Notes: generated from the letters alone by a model not told the origin. 40,289 nt of DNA from Geosiphon pyriformis uo1 (GCA_016748015.1 JAAOMT010000518.1:510603-550891), one strand, 5' to 3'. Positions 1-14,292 are shown, numbered from the stretch's first letter. Translations and numbers: made by a program.

Positions 1-34
1 GTTGTTGTTCTATTATAATTATTGGTTCTAAATT

Positions 35-1369
35 TCAGGGAATATCTTCAGGATTAATTAAAGAGGAATGTGTACCAATTTGTGGAATTAATGTTTCAGA
101 ATTGTTTCTGGAATGATAGTGTTTCAATCTGTCTCCATGTGCAACTTTTGCTAGTATTTTATCATCAAGTCTTAACTTGTATGATCCATTGCCTAGAATT
201 TCGTGAATATAAAATGGTCCATCCCATTTGTTTTCAAATTTCCCACTCCATTGTTTTTTAGTCTTAGTTTTGTGTAAGAGAACTTTATTTTCAACTTTAA
301 ATTCATTGGTAATAGGTGGTAATTTGTTGTTATGTTTTTCTTTTTGTTGAGCTTGGGAATGTTCAATATAAGTTGCTGCTATTCTTTTTTTTCCTTCCAG
401 TGTACTAAAAAGAGTATAGGCCCTTCTTTGGAGTGTTTTTTGAAAGTTTTCATCATTGATTGGTTGCACTGGGTAAGTTTCTACTATGAAATTAATTGAT
501 AATGTTGCTGTTCTTCCATAAGTAAGATCAAATGGTGTGTGTTTTATAGTATCTTGTTTTAGCATTCTGTATGCTAGTAACACTGATGGAATAAAAATAT
601 CCCATTCCTGCTCAAAGTCTGTTGAGACTTTGGCTAAATATTCACACAATATTCTGTTGAAACGTTTTACAAGTCTATTTGTTTAAGGGTGATAAGGTGA
701 TGATAGAGGTCTTTTGACATTAAACTGTTCACAAATTTCTTGTATCAAGTTGTTCACAAAATGTGTTTCTTGATCAGATAAAAGTTCAATTTGGCATCCA
801 TGTCTACAAATAATGTCTTCATAGATGAAATTTGCTACTGATTTTGCATCTGCTCTTTGGATAGCTCTAGCTTTAAGCCATTTGGTAAGATAATCTACTG
901 CTACTGCAATATAGCAATTTCTTTGGGTTGTGATAAGTAATGGTCTAACTAAATTAATTCCAACTCTGTCAAAAGATTGTCCAACTTTGATTGGATTTAA
1001 AGGTTCTGTGGGGCGAGTTTCTTCTTTTCTTTGACAACTATCACAAGATTCTACATATTGTCAAATGTCTTTTTGCATGTGAGGCCAAAAATAATGTTCA
1101 AGAGTTTTTTGAATTGTTCCATCTCTTTCCAAGTGTGCTGAAAAAGAATTTGTGTGCATGTTGTATAGAATTGTTTCTTTTTCATTTTCTTGTACTAATC
1201 TGAGTGATTGGTTTGAGTTTTTATGATTTTTGTAATAAATTTTGTTGTGGTATATAAAATATTGTTTGGATTGGTGTTGTAATCAATGTTTTTCACTTGG
1301 AAACCAATTTTCTGGCATGATAAAAGTTTCCAAATAGTTTTTGATGTTGTTGTAGTTTTCTGGATCCAT
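35..1369 (-). pseudogene. Integrase of element A (separate ORF, premature stops)
   Basis: Starts ACAACA-ATG (MDPENYNNIKNYLET), in frame with ORF 35..649. Has HHCC-like CRSCDSCQ, core DLV/DYLTK/SDQ and C-terminal KWDGPFY. The TGA at 35-37 is probably premature: IP*NLEPII matches IPRDLEPIV in B. Confidence 0.9.
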
Positions 1370-1425
1370 TGTTGTTGATTTTGTAGTTTGTTCTGCTGTT
1401 AAGTTTATTGGTGTTGATGTTGGTA

Positions 1426-4400
1426 TTAATATTGTCTCATCTTTGAGAGGCTGTTAACATTAGTGTGTATTTTTCCTGGTTTGTGGTGTACAATATATTT
1501 GTAGTCTGCTAAAAAGTCATTCCATTGAAACTGTTTGGCACTTTGTTCAGTTTTCTTTTTATTGAAAATGTTTAAGAGCCCAGATAATTGTGGCAGTTTT
1601 TAATTCAGTTAAGCCGTATTTTAGTTCTGTTGGTTTGAGTATTCTACTAGCATAGATGATGATTTGTTCTTACCCATTTTCATCTAATTGTGATAAGATA
1701 ACACCAAATACTATATGTGAAGCATCAGTAGCTAATTGGAACTGTTTGTTGAAGTCTGGGTAAGCAAGAACTGGGGCTGTTGTCAATTTTGTTTTGAGAG
1801 TTTCAAAAGCTTTTTGTTGTTTTTCAGTCTATTTGTATGGCATGTTTTTGTTGGTAAGATAATTGAGTGGTTTGGCAATTTCTGAAAATTCTTTTATGAA
1901 TTTTTGATAGTAAAAGGCTAATCCTACAAATCCTCTTAGTTCTGTGGTATTTCTGAGAGTTTGAAAGTTTTTGACAGCACTGATTGTTCCAGGATTTGGT
2001 TTGACTCCATTTTTGCTAACAATGTGTCCAAGGAAGATTAAGCTTGTTTTTCTAAAGTGACATTTTTCAATGTTTAACTTCAATCCTGCTTTTTATAATC
2101 GTTGAAAAACTTTTTATAGGTGGATAAAATGAGTCTCAAAGCTTGGTGAGTATACATCAGTGTCATCAAGATAAACAACTACTGATTGCCACAAGAGTCC
2201 TTCATATACAACATCCATAAGTCGCTAGAATGTTGCTGGTGCATTGCAGAGTCCAAAAGGCATAATATTAAACTCATAGTTTCCTTCCTGAGTGGTAAAT
2301 ACTGTTTTGGGTCAGTCTTTTGGGTCCATTTCGACTTGCCAGTATCCACTTTCCAAGTCTAAAGTTAAGAAGAACTTGGCTTTTCCTAGAGCATCTAGCA
2401 TGTCATCAATTCTTGAAAGAGGGTAGGCATCTCTAATTGTTATACTGTTCAATTGGTAATAGTCAACACAAAATCTGATTTTTCCATTTTTCTTTTTGAC
2501 AAAGACTACTGGTGAGGCCCAAGAACTTCTTGATGGTTGAATCAATTTGTTATTGAGCATTCTCTGGACTTCTTCTCTAATGAATTGGTGACTGGCAGGT
2601 AGCACTCTGTAAGCTTGCTAACATTTTGGTAGAGTATCTCCTGTATGGATCTGATGTTAAATGATATCCATTTTTCCCAAGTTATTGTTGTCTTTTGCAA
2701 ATATATCTGCAAATTCAGCTATCAATTGTTTCAATTGTCTTTGTTGTTGAGGTTCTAAGGGACCCATGTTGATATGAGAGAGTTTTTTTTCCAAAAGATG
2801 ATAGTTTTCAGTGGTGGGAATGATATTTGGATTTGGGAGTAGAGTGTGTCTTATAATTTCGATAAAATTAGAGACAATTTGAGGGTTTTCATCTTGAAAA
2901 ATATTGCTGTGTATGATTCCAATCTCTAATTTGTTTAATAAGACAATAAAGTAATTATTGGGATTGTAGAATATAACTCGAAATTTTTTCATTTCTTTGG
3001 GAATATAAACGTTTGGAATTGAGATTTTATGCTTCAAACAGATTTGTTTATTGGATTCAAAGATTTGTTAAGTAGTAGTGGGTTTTGAGCAAGTGTAAAT
3101 TTCGTAATGTTCTCCAAAAGTTGAAATGGTAATTGGTTGAGAAAGTTGAAGAATCTGGTAAGATTCATTTTGTATTTTAAGAGCTATGTTTATTAAAACT
3201 GTAAATCATTTAGTTGAACCGAAATCTTGAGTTCTTCTTTCACTTTTTCCCAATTGTTCTCTGTTGTTAACTGATTGTAGATCCAAAATATTGATTAAGG
3301 ATAGGTAAATTGCTTAAGCAATTTTTTCAGCATGTTCAATCTTGAATGGTTTGTCTGTTTCATTCTGCAATATGATGGTAATGTCTCCAGTGTATCCTGC
3401 ATCTATAACTTCTTCTTTAATATTAATTCCTTTGCTTGCCAATGATGATCTGGAGGCAATTTGAACCATTGCTCCAGGTGGAATTTCAAGAGTGATTTTG
3501 AGATTGATTTTTGTCAAAGACTTTGGTTGAAGAACCAAAGTATCTTTTCCTGGATATCTTAAGTCATATCCGGCATCAATTTTGTGTGCTTTTTCTGGTC
3601 TGATTCCTTGACCATGGTTGTCAAAATATTTAAGTTGTAGAGTTGGTTGCTTTTCAAGGAGATAGATGAGAGTGGTTGGTAGTTCTTCTACTAGTTCAAA
3701 TACTCTAAATTCAATTTCATTTTTATCATTCTCATCTGGCAGAGGAATGCTAAAAGCATAACATTCTAAACACTATTGGTCATTACAAGGCATAACATAT
3801 TCTTCACACAATTGAATGTTTATTTGCTCTAATCATTAAATTTGAGCTTTTTTGGTCGAATATGTGTGGCTTGCAATTTGGTGGTAGGTTTCTACTTCAT
3901 CTTCATAATCAAATCCAGCTAATTCCATGGTATACTCAATGTATTCAGCTTCTTTCATTTGGTGGACATCTTCTTGTGTGGCTCCATTGATCAATACTAT
4001 TGCTAGGTCAAAAATCATTTCAGCATCATGAGGATAGTAGTAAAGTTTATTGAGAGCACTATTGTATGCTGCATCAAATAGTGTTCCTCTTCTGACTTTT
4101 TCCGAAATTGCTAGAGCATATTGACAAGTTTGATCACATACTCCTCCTCTCATTGCAACATCAATCCAGTTGCATTCTTCTGATAGCATATCTCCACATG
4201 TAAGGCAAGGTGTGTTGTCCTATTTTTCACTTCTTTTTGGAGATCCAAATCGTTCTCTATAGCATGCTTTGTAAAAGTAATAGGTATGAGTTTTATATTT
4301 CTCTTCTGGAGAAATACATGCTCCCATTGATGAAAGTTTTTTGTTGCAATCTTTGCATTTGAGTGGAATATAGGGTGGTTGTTTCTGTAGTTCTGGTGTA

Positions 4401-6986
4401 GAATATCTAACTTTCTTCCATCTTCTTGATTTTTCAAAAATCTCCTGTTCTGTTTCTTCAGCCCAATTAGATGTTGATCCAAGAGCCATGTAGGTTTCAG
4501 TAAGTGGCATTTCTTTTTTTTCTTCAAATTCAAATACTGGAGCTTTTTCTGATTGTTTGTTAAAAGTACTACAGGTTGCAGGTACTATGGTATATTGTTC
4601 TTGGTATGAGATTTTAAGTTTTTGAGTTTTCCAGTTCAGGTTTGCATTGGCCTTGAGAAGCCAATTATTTCCGATTAGAGCTTGGTATTAGGGTGCATCT
4701 ATAACAAGAACTTTAACTGGAATGGTAATTCCATTAATTGAAAAAAGGAAATCATCAATTTCTCCTACTGGAGTCTTCTTTATACCATCAGCTGTAACAA
4801 TAACTGTTTGAGCTGGTCTGTCTATGTTTTGTTTAAGTTGTTGCATCAGCTGGTAAGTGATGATACTTCCAGCTAATCTACTATCTAAGATTAAGCGAAT
4901 GGGTTTTTTTTCCACTGTAGCTTCTGTGTACATAGCAGTAATTGCTTTCTGTTCATTGACTGCTGCATTACTAAGCAGAAATGGTGATTCATTTGCTTCA
5001 AATTCGAATAGAAATATATCTGACAGATTGGCATTTTGGGCAATTTGAGCTGATGGAATGGTGTGGTTGGAAGGGTTTGATCTTGGTGCTGCAACTTCAC
5101 CTTCAAAAAGTGCAGTTTGTTGAAAATCCGATTTCTCTGGTATTGTAAGATAACTGGGTTAAGTATAATAGTAATTGGGTCTTTGCTGACCAGAATTTCG
5201 AAGAACCAACTGGTTATTTAAATTGATTCTGTTGTTGTTACTCTGCAATTGATTTTGGGATGTAAATTGGTTATGTTGAACCAATCTTCTTGTTGGTATT
5301 TGATATTGTTGAGTGGGTGGTGTCTGATATGGCTGAATTGATAAAGATTGCTGATATTGTTGCTGCATTGGTTATAGAGCTGGTGGATAGTAACTGTTTT
5401 GATTTTGTGGTCTTGGTGAATAATAGATTGGTGGTGGAGATTAGTAATAAGATTGTTGTGGTGAAGAGTAATGTTGATTACTCCTGTTTTGTTGGTCTCT
5501 TTGTAATTTCCTACAATCTCTTTTCCAGTGTCCTGGAATTCCACAATAATGACAATTTTGAGGTTGGTTGTTAGATAGTAATCCAAAATTGTTTTGGTTG
5601 CATTATTGTGGGGGTTGATATCTTTGTGGTTGTTATTGCTGTTGTTGTTGGTTTGTGAAGTAGCTTTCAACCTTTTTTGTAAGTTGGTCTATCTTCTCTT
5701 TAGCTGCTAAGCTGGTTTCTCCAATTGCAAGGTTTACAAGCTTGGTGTAATTTGCTTTTTCTATTGCCATTTTATAGCTCTTTGCATGTCTAATAGCAGT
5801 TGCTAAGTCTGCTGGAGCATGTGAATGGACTTTCTTAATCAGTTTGTCTTTTAACCCTACTATAAACTAATCCAAAATTTGAGCATCAGAATAGTAGTTA
5901 TTAGTTTCCAATTGTCGGATTCGTCTGAGAAGTTTGTTAAATCTTCTAAGATAAGTCATAACAGTTTCAGATGTTTCTTGTTTGATATTGCAAAAGCAGT
6001 TTCTGAGAGTGATAGAGGTATTGTTATCAGTGAATTGTTGTAGAAAAGCATCTTTGAATGCTTGCCAGTTTTCAAATGATTCTTCTAAATTTTCAAAACC
6101 ATTTTCCTGTTGTTCCTTGGAGAAAGTAGGGAATTGCTTTAAGCATTCTTGCTGCAATCCAACCATTTGCATCTCCTGCTTTTTGAACTTTGTCAAGTCA
6201 TTCTTAAGAACTGGTATTATTGTCTTTACCAATAAATTCTGGGATTTTTGCAATATAAGCAGTTGCCATTTTTTCTTTGTTTTCTGTAATTTCTTCTGGT
6301 TCTGATTCAGTTTTTTTACTTTCCAAGCTTTCTGAATGATTATTTTTGTTTTCCTATAAGTAATCAATGATATTGGCACTTGTTGATATTGGTTTTTGTT
6401 GTTGAGTAGGATTTCTAGGTGACTGAAAATCTTCTGGTCTGAAAAAATGGTTAAGTAGTAAACTTGGTGTTTGTAATTGAACAAGTAAAATTAAAAATAG
6501 TGTAATAAAAAGTGGTAATTTAACACTGGTTCCTTGTTCAGGTGTTTGCAAGTGTTTGGCAGTTGTCTTTGATAGTATTGGAGTGTTTGGAGTGGTTCTT
6601 AAGTATTGTTTCACTTTTTGTTTGCCTCTGTTGCTTGTCTCTGTTTTTGATTCAAAGTTAAAAGAGTATTTGGGCTGTACTAGGTATTTTTCTTTACAGT
6701 ACTTAATAATATTAAAATTAAGTTCTTGGAAGTAGGTAGCAAGTGTTTCACTGTTCAGGTCTTCTGTTCCCAATTGTGAATAGTGCACTAAATTATTGTA
6801 GAGGTTGCTTCTAACTTCTGAAATGTTGTAGTTTTCAAAAAGATAATTGTTGATACGATTTTCAATATATTGGTATACTGATTTCTTAACAACTTCAATT
6901 TCGTCTGGAATGTTGAATCTTTGCTTGCAGTGAGTGTAAATTGACTGATGATACTCTAGAGTTGTTGTGTCTGGTGTGGTTGCCAC
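1426..6986 (-). pseudogene. Gag-Pol polyprotein of A (N-extension, Gag, PR, Cys-rich module, dUTPase, RT, RNase H), decayed
   Basis: Fragments include LILDSRLAGS (PR), IASRSSLASKG/IDAGYTG (dUTPase), SSWASPVV..RFCVDY, LDLESGYWQ, YLDD (RT) and ATDAS (RNase H). There is a stop at 1426-1428 after RNase H. Confidence 0.92.
3215..3640 (-). pseudogene. dUTPase domain of element A
   Basis: Motifs DAGYDL, ASRSSL, IDAGYTG, KIA(Q>stop) and RRTQDFGST. Confidence 0.9.
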
Positions 6987-7013
6987 TTTGAATTTGTTGT
7001 TGCTGTGTTATTT

Positions 7014-7029
7014 TCATGGAAGAACACCA
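7014..7029 (-). promoter_or_regulatory. Primer binding site of A
   Basis: TGGTGTTCTTCCATGA lies 2 nt after the LTR end; C has TGGTGCTCTTCCACGG. The priming tRNA cannot be assigned firmly (TGGTGCTC could fit Thr or Ile). Confidence 0.8.
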
Positions 7030-7031
7030 AA

Positions 7032-7601
7032 TGTTACCAGAGGTTTTTGGTCTCTTTTTTTGAATGCTGTAACTGTCTGTTGGTTGCAAATTCACGTTTT
7101 CTAGAAGTAGTTGAACCTCCAATAACTGAATTTATCTTCAAATTATCTCCTATAATTTGAACTGCTGGGCTTATAAGTAGAATGGCCAATTCCTTGCCAG
7201 TTACTTTATGTAGTTATATTGTAGTAAATGTCAACTCTTTCCCAAGAATTGCTTGTCTGGAAGCTCACTAAAAATGTGTAGTTACTTTGCTGTAAAAGTC
7301 AACTCTTCTACAAAAATCTTGTCTGTAGGCTATCCTAATAATTGTAATAAGAAAAGAAAAGAAAAATAAAAAAAATGTAAAAGAAATAGGATTTTATCAA
7401 GGGAAACGTTTTTTATCCAGGCTTGGAGTTACTAACAGTTTACTGAAATTGGTAGCTAATCAATTTCAAAACGTTAGTTGGGTTTTGAGGATTTTCCAAG
7501 TGCAATAATTAAAGAATTTGGTTTTTTGAATTTATTTAATATTTATTTTTTTTTGTGTGTGTAAGAATAGTTCTAAGTAATAAATCTAAAATAAGATACA
7601 T
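7032..7601 (-). repeat. 5' LTR of A, R/U5 part (split by insertion of B)
   Basis: Reverse complement matches ~33790-34354 of the C LTR and ends in ...GGTAACA. Confidence 0.9.
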
Positions 7602-8473
7602 TGTTATGGTTTAAGAATTTAGCAAAAGAATCATAAAAATAATACAAACTATTCAATCATAATATAGTAATGATTAACATAGTAGCAAACACCATCTCGC
7701 AATAGTGGCAAGCACCAGTTCATAATAGCAGCCAATACCAACTGGTGATAGCAGCAAACACCAGATTGAAATATCAAAAAGAAAGTATTACAATGTGTTT
7801 TCTCATAGAACTACAAACATGTATATATACAATAGCTTTAATATTGGGAAAAAACAATCAAGTAATAAAAATTATAACTTATCAAGCAATAGATCCAATT
7901 TTATCCAACAAACTCCACTTTAAATCATACATTCAAATTAAATATCCCAAGAAACTTTTAAATCAAAAAGAAATGAAAAAAAATATTTAAAACTGAATTA
8001 TCACAACCCAAAGTATTAAGAAATTTACTTGTATTATTTATTGAATGAAACTATCATTCATCAACTGAATCTCTTGGAAGAATAATTCTTGATCAAGATT
8101 ATTCATATTGTTACTAATTGATAAAAGCTTTATTGTAAGAATTAGGAAAAGCACTAAAGGCCATTAACATTCTGTGTTTCTAGATTAGAGAAACACATCA
8201 GGTAAATGCAAAGATAGCCTCAGAGAAGACCCCAGACAGTGAGTAGATTTCAGTTCAGCCTCTGAGAAGAAGTACATAAACACACACAACAATCAAAAAT
8301 TGAAGAATAACTTACATCACAACATTAAAAAGAAAGTCTTCAGTATAACAGTGACATTATCACACAAATAGAATTGAGGAACTCACAAAAGACTGATTGC
8401 AATTAAAATGGGATATCAGCAATTAAAATGGGATATCAGCAATTAAATATAACAAGAAAACCATCCTGTAACA
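7602..8473 (+). repeat. 5' LTR of B (872 bp)
   Basis: TGTTATGG...CCTGTAACA; about 95% identical to 16753-17626. Confidence 0.97.
7679..7770 (+). repeat. Four degenerate 23-bp tandem units in U3 of the B LTR
   Basis: atagtagcaaacaccatctcgca / atagtggcaagcaccagttcata / atagcagccaataccaactggtg / atagcagcaaacaccagattgaa. Confidence 0.75.
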
Positions 8474-8475
8474 TT

Positions 8476-8490
8476 TGGTAAACCTTACAA
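8476..8490 (+). promoter_or_regulatory. Putative primer binding site of B
   Basis: TGGTAAACCTTACAA lies 2 nt after the LTR end. It differs from the PBS of A, C and D; tRNA unassigned. Confidence 0.7.
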
Positions 8491-8555
8491 GGAAAGAAAA
8501 TCAAAAAGAAAATAATAATTAGCAATAATTCATTGCTAAAAAGGAAGAAACAAAA

Positions 8556-11500
8556 GTGGCGACAAAAACCCTTAATCTTACTGTTCTTGAATTCTGCTGT
8601 GCTATTTACACACAAAATTAAAGTGATCTTGGATTACCAGAAAAGTGTTGTCCAGCAGAATCTGCTCTCACTTATTATATCAATGCCAGAATAAATCATC
8701 ATATAGGAAAAGAAAAATCACACAATGCAAAACTTGGATTGTATAAAGAATTATCACAATACACTACAAAAGAAGTAGCAGTAATAGCCACAACTATTGT
8801 CAAAATCCATTGAGAAATTGAGCAATATGCCAACAAAAATTTTCCAATATTCACAGAAAACACTAGGGAACGTGCCAACAAAACCAGAAAAAATTTAGAA
8901 ACTAATCAGGAAAGTAACCAGCAAAAACTAGGAACACCTGCTCAAACACCAAAAAAAACTGTCATTCAATCAATAAAGAAACAATGTATTTATTCACCAG
9001 AAGATAAATTATACCATTTTTCACCAGAAAATAAGATACAAATTCCATTAGGAGCTGCATCATCATCAACATCAACTCCACAAATGCCAAAAACTCCTAG
9101 TTATACTGATAAAATTAAACAACATAACTGGGGAGACATACCAATTACAGGAGGATATTCATCACTATTCTAAAACCCTCTTTTTCAGCCAAAATTTAGA
9201 ACAGGGTTTGAAAACCATGAAGAGGAGTCTGAATCGGAATCCGAAAAAAAGACCAGCAAAAAAACAATCACAAGACCAGTCACTGGAACAAGCAGCCAGT
9301 CTAGAAACCAAGAAACTTGTGATCAAAAGAAAAAACCGGATATAAAAGAAGCCAACTTTAAGAACACTCAAAGAAATATCATCCTACCTCCTCTTAGACC
9401 AATAAGCCCACCAGCAGAAAACGGCAACAAAATGGCCACATCATACATTACAAGACTAACAGATTTTTTAGGAGAGGAAGAAGAAATGGATATGCACACG
9501 TGGCTCAAAGAAACACAAAAAGCTATCCAGGCAAATAATTGGAATAACCAAAGAGCAATTCAAACATTACCTTTCTTCCTAAAAGGCACAGCCAACTTGT
9601 GGTATCAAAGTCTGGAAACAAAACCCACAAGCTTTGCTGAATTTAAAAATGCACTCCTAGAGTATTTTAGCAATCCAAACACTATAATCCAACTACAAAA
9701 CAAATTCAATACTATCAAGCAAAATACTGGTGAAACTGTCACCCAATACCTTGCTCGATTCAATTGAATTTGCCATCAGATTGAAGTGATTGAACAAAGA
9801 TACTACACTGATCCTCAGGTTTTAAATCAGTTTATTAGAGGATTAAAAAGCAGCATTTTAGGAAGAGTACACCCTGCCTACCCTAATTCCTTACCAGAAG
9901 TTATTACGCTTGCCAGAGTCTTTAAATTGGCTGAGAAAGAAGCTAACCATAGTCAAATGGTTAACATGGTAATGGAGAAAAATAAGACAGAAACATTAAA
10001 GAAAAAAATAATGCAATTAGGGAAGGAACTCTCTAAGAAAATAGAAAGTTACCTCATCCCGGATCTGAGAAGAAATACATACCAACCACCCCAAAGATGC
10101 AGCCAGAAAGTCAGCGACAGTTGAAATAATTGCTTGTCATGCCAAGAATTCAGAACAAAAATGTGTGCCTGCCATTTTTGCAAATGCATAAAACATTTGA
10201 TTAGTCAATGTCAAATGCGAATAATACAAGAAGCACATGAAAATAATTACTACATGCCACCCCAAATGCTCAGAAACCAGTATATGCCAATACCACATCA
10301 ATATCCCACCACGTATCAAAATCAAGAAACTTACTAGCAATAGCCTATGATAGCCAACCCGAATTGGCATCCCAAGGCCTAAAATCAGCCCATGTGAAAC
10401 CAGAACACATTGGTCCAGAGAAATCCAAACTGTGCTAGAACCAATCAGCAAACCAATCCAAACTACCAAAATTATCAACAAATTTATCTTAATATACTGG
10501 AAAATCTAATTATCGAAAACAATGATGGTAAAAACATAAACAGAACCAAAAATTCCTCTAACAAATTGAGCCAGACAATACCACCAGCAGTTGTCACTGA
10601 AGATAGCAGCCTTGCAGCTATTTTTTCTTTTGAATTAGAGGAAAACGAGGCTATGTTCAATGGAGCAGCATTGGATGAAAAATGTCCAATCACTGCTATA
10701 TATACAGAAGCCACTGTAAACAATATCCCAATCAAACTTATCTTAGACAGCAGATTTGCTGGAAGCATCATAACACTTCAACTAGTAAACCAACTGGATT
10801 TCAAAGTTGATTGTGCTGCGACATTCCAATCATAACAGCCGATGGAAATACAAAGCTGCCTCATGGCAAAATCGACTCATTTTCTTTCAAAATTAACGGC
10901 ATAGTAATACCTACAAAAGTATTAGTAATAGACACTACACAATATCAAGCATTAGTAGGGAATGACTGGTTAACAAAAGCCAACACCATTCTAGACTGGA
11001 CCACTCAAGAGCTTCTGATCAATTATAATGGCCACCAGGCCAAAATTCCAGCCACCTGTGGCCATTTCTAAAAACCCAGCGCCAACCAAAGACCTACTTT
11101 CAAATTTGAGGAAAATCCAGCACTACCAGCCATCAAAACCTATCAGCTCTCTTGGGCTGATGACCAAAAAACAGGACTACCAACTGTACCAACATGGACC
11201 AGCAAAAAAAGATCCAAATAGAACCAGATAAGTTTACAAAGAAACCACTAGCAATGCAGACCAAAGCTAGAATGCTCATTTTGCAAGAAGAAACTCTTAT
11301 TTATGACTGCATGCAGCACACCAGACAAAGACCCAAGAAACCCCACCCATTACTATTGTAACCATTGTAACAAAGAAAAATATGGTTACCCAGAAAGACA
11401 CAGAAAATGGAACAAGGAACTATGCCTCGTTTGTAGAGAACCATTATCAAGAGAGTGCGACTAGAATAACATACTAGGCAGAAGAGGAACATGTGACACA

Positions 11501-14263
11501 ACTTGCCAATACACAATTCTCATCTGTGACTGGGTAAGAGGAGGAATACCATTCGAAGCAGTGTTCAATAGAGCATTAAAAAAACTACAGCACTACTCAC
11601 ATGATAAGAACAAGTTGTACAATACCACACAAACTAAAGTAAAAAAAGAAACCTCTGAAAAAATACGACGTTAGAAAGAGTCAACCGAAGTAGCTGACAA
11701 AGTTGCCAGCTACAACATGTTCGACCCAATGGACAAATTCCAGGACTACTACCAACAACTATGCCCCACTCGACAAGAGCAAGAACAATACCTCATCCAA
11801 ATCAACACTTACCTCTGTAAAAACTGTCTCATTCCATGCCAAAATTAGTGCTGTGAAGAGTGTCAAGATGAAAGAGACTTAGAAAGAAAAATGGAAATTA
11901 AGAATCAGCAGTTTCAAAATCAATCAATAAATTAACAAGACTCATCTGACAGTCCTGAGTCAGAAAAATTTGTAGTCTATACCAACCTAGAATAGGTGAC
12001 CGACATCCGATACTTCGACAATAGGCACTTAGAAATAATACCCGAAAGAGTCCATCCAACCAATACCAGATTCAATCTACATTATTTGGAAGACCAATCC
12101 ACAACATTACTACCCAGGAGCATCACCAAAATCGACCTAAAAATAGTGGTTGAAATTCTGCCAGAAATAATGGTTCAAATAGCATCACGATCAAGCCTCG
12201 CAAAAAAAAGAATAAGCGTTCAAGGAGGAGTAATTGACTCTAAATACACTGAAAATTTGATGGTTTTGCTACAGAACAATTTAGAAAAGCCTTATACCAT
12301 TGAATCTAAAGAAAAGATTGCACAAGCAATTTTCCTACCATTGGTAAAAATTGGGAAATTTATGCCAGTGGAAAATCATGAGGAATTGTCACAAACAACA
12401 AGAGGAACTTTTGGTTTTGGATCAACAGAAAAAGGAATTAAAGCAAATTTCACTGAAACAATAGAGGAAAAAGGTGAAGTAATTAAAAATGAGCAGTCCA
12501 TCATGCTCCTATCATATGGAAAATCAGAAATAAGAATAAAAAAGACAATTAAAGAAAAAGACCTAATATTTGAGCCCTACCCAGAAACTTGCCAACAGTT
12601 TCTCATAGGACTTACTAACCTTTTTATTCCAGTTGATAAAGTTCAATGAATAAAAATTTCTATCACAAACACCACAGAAGAACCCATCTACATTCCGGAA
12701 GATACCATCATTGGATACCTCAGAACGGAGCTAAAAAACGCATCAACACCACAAGAAATTCTAAATTTCCCAGAAATCATCTTCTACTGTGAACTCACTT
12801 CAATAAATTGGCAACAACTGTTAGAATGCTATCAATTTACACCAGAAGAATTGGCCAAATTAAACATTGGAACAATGGATCCTAACCAACAGCGATAATT
12901 AAAAGCATTAATTTTAAAATACTCTGATATATTTTCATAAAATGGCAAATTTGGAAGAACCAACTTGGTTCAACACCAAATCCCCACTAGAGACGCCAGA
13001 CCTGAAAAACAATGCACTTATCATGTTCCACCAATGGAGCATAATTTTATCAGAGAAGAAGTCCAAAGCATGTTGGAAAAAGAAATAATACAACCATTAA
13101 TAAGCCCATAGTCCTTACCAGTTGTTTTAGTAAAGAAAAAGAATGGAAAAATTAGATTTTGCGTCGACTATCGCAAATTAAACAGCAAAACAACCAAAGA
13201 CTCATACCCAATACCATTAATTGATGAAATCTTCAACGTTTTTGGAGGAGCAAAATGGTTTTCTACACTGAACTTGACCAGTGGGTACTGGCAAGTGAAA
13301 ATGGACCCAAAGGACAGACATAAAACAGCATTTACAACACAAAATGGCAATTATGAGTTCAATGTAATGCCATTTGAATTAACAAATGCTCCCGCGACAT
13401 TCTAAAAACTAATGAACATAATTTACTCCAGAATCCTGTGGCAATTCGTTGTTGTCTACTTGGATGATACAAATGTTTTCTCATTAAAATTCACGGATCA
13501 TCTCCAATATTTACAACAAGTTTTTGAGAGATTAAGACACACTGAACTTAAACTAAATCTAGAAAAATGTTTCTTTGGAAAAAATGAGCTAGCATTTTTA
13601 GAACACATAGTTGAAAAAGATGGAATAAAACCAGATCCATCAAAAATAGACAAAGTGAAAAATTTTCCAGTACCTCAAAACGTTTTAGAAGTTAGAAGCT
13701 TTTTAGGATTCGCATCTTACTACTACTGCTTTGTAGAAAACTTTTTAAACATCACCAAACCCCTTAATTACCTACTATCCAAAAATGTGAAGTTTAAATG
13801 GACTGAAGCACAACAAAAAGCTTTTAAGTACCTTAGACAAAAACTCATTGAATCACCAATAATGATCTATCTGAATTTTAACAAGAAATTCATTTTGGCC
13901 ACAAATGTCTCTAGAACTGGACTTAGAGCCATTCTGTCACAAAAAGATGATAATGAAAAAGAATGTGTAATCACTTATGTCAGCAGAAGTCTCAGTACAG
14001 CAAAACAAAACTAAACAGCACATGAACTTGAATGCTTAGCAGTAGTCTGGAGTTGTGTTTACTTTGACACATATTTACAGTACCAACCCTTTGAGATTAC
14101 CACAGATCATAGAGATCTGGTCTGGTTAAATAACAAGAAAGCACTAAAAAAAAAATACACCAGATGGTCACAAATGTTAATATCATATAATTATATTATC
14201 AAATACAAAGAAGGTACCAAAAATGCTAATGCTGACTGTTTGTCAAGAATGAGACACACATAA
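8556..14263 (+). pseudogene. Gag-Pol polyprotein of B (N-extension, Gag from ATG 9432, PR, Cys-rich module, dUTPase, RT, RNase H)
   Basis: Knuckle CHFCKCIKHLISQC, LILDSRFAGS, IASRSSLAKK, RGTFGFGST, VVVYLDD, ILATNVS and ADCLSR, then TAA at 14261-14263. Many premature stops and a frameshift near 10825. Confidence 0.93.
11996..12430 (+). pseudogene. dUTPase domain of element B
   Basis: Motifs 2-5 are recognisable (ASRSSL, GVIDSKYT, KIAQ, RGTFGFGST); motif 1 is decayed (TRFNL). Confidence 0.9.
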
Positions 14264-14292
14264 AAATCACCAACCTACCCACTACAACAACA

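Larger units (their letters stand above)
1..7601 (-). mobile_element. Ty3/Gypsy LTR retrotransposon A (dUTPase-bearing): internal region plus the proximal part of the 5' LTR; 3' end lies outside the window
   Basis: Minus-strand order is Gag, zinc knuckle, PR, dUTPase, RT, RNase H, IN. The LTR end CTGGTAACA at 7032 is followed by a PBS. It is colinear with element C (33376-40289). Confidence 0.95.

Noticed and set aside
7679-7770. CRISPR-like spaced repeats
   Set aside because: These are contiguous degenerate tandem units in an LTR, with no unique spacers and no cas genes.
7745-7990. 81-aa ORF repeated at 16918-17163
   Set aside because: It is repeated only because it lies in the two LTRs. 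It has no upstream ATG and no recognisable motif.
8398-8450. 20-bp tandem repeat in the 5' LTR of B
   Set aside because: Simple copy-number difference between the two LTRs with no evidence of function.
10811-10835. Possible programmed gag-pol frameshift in B
   Set aside because: It falls inside the protease, and C is in frame across this region, so it is a copy-specific indel.
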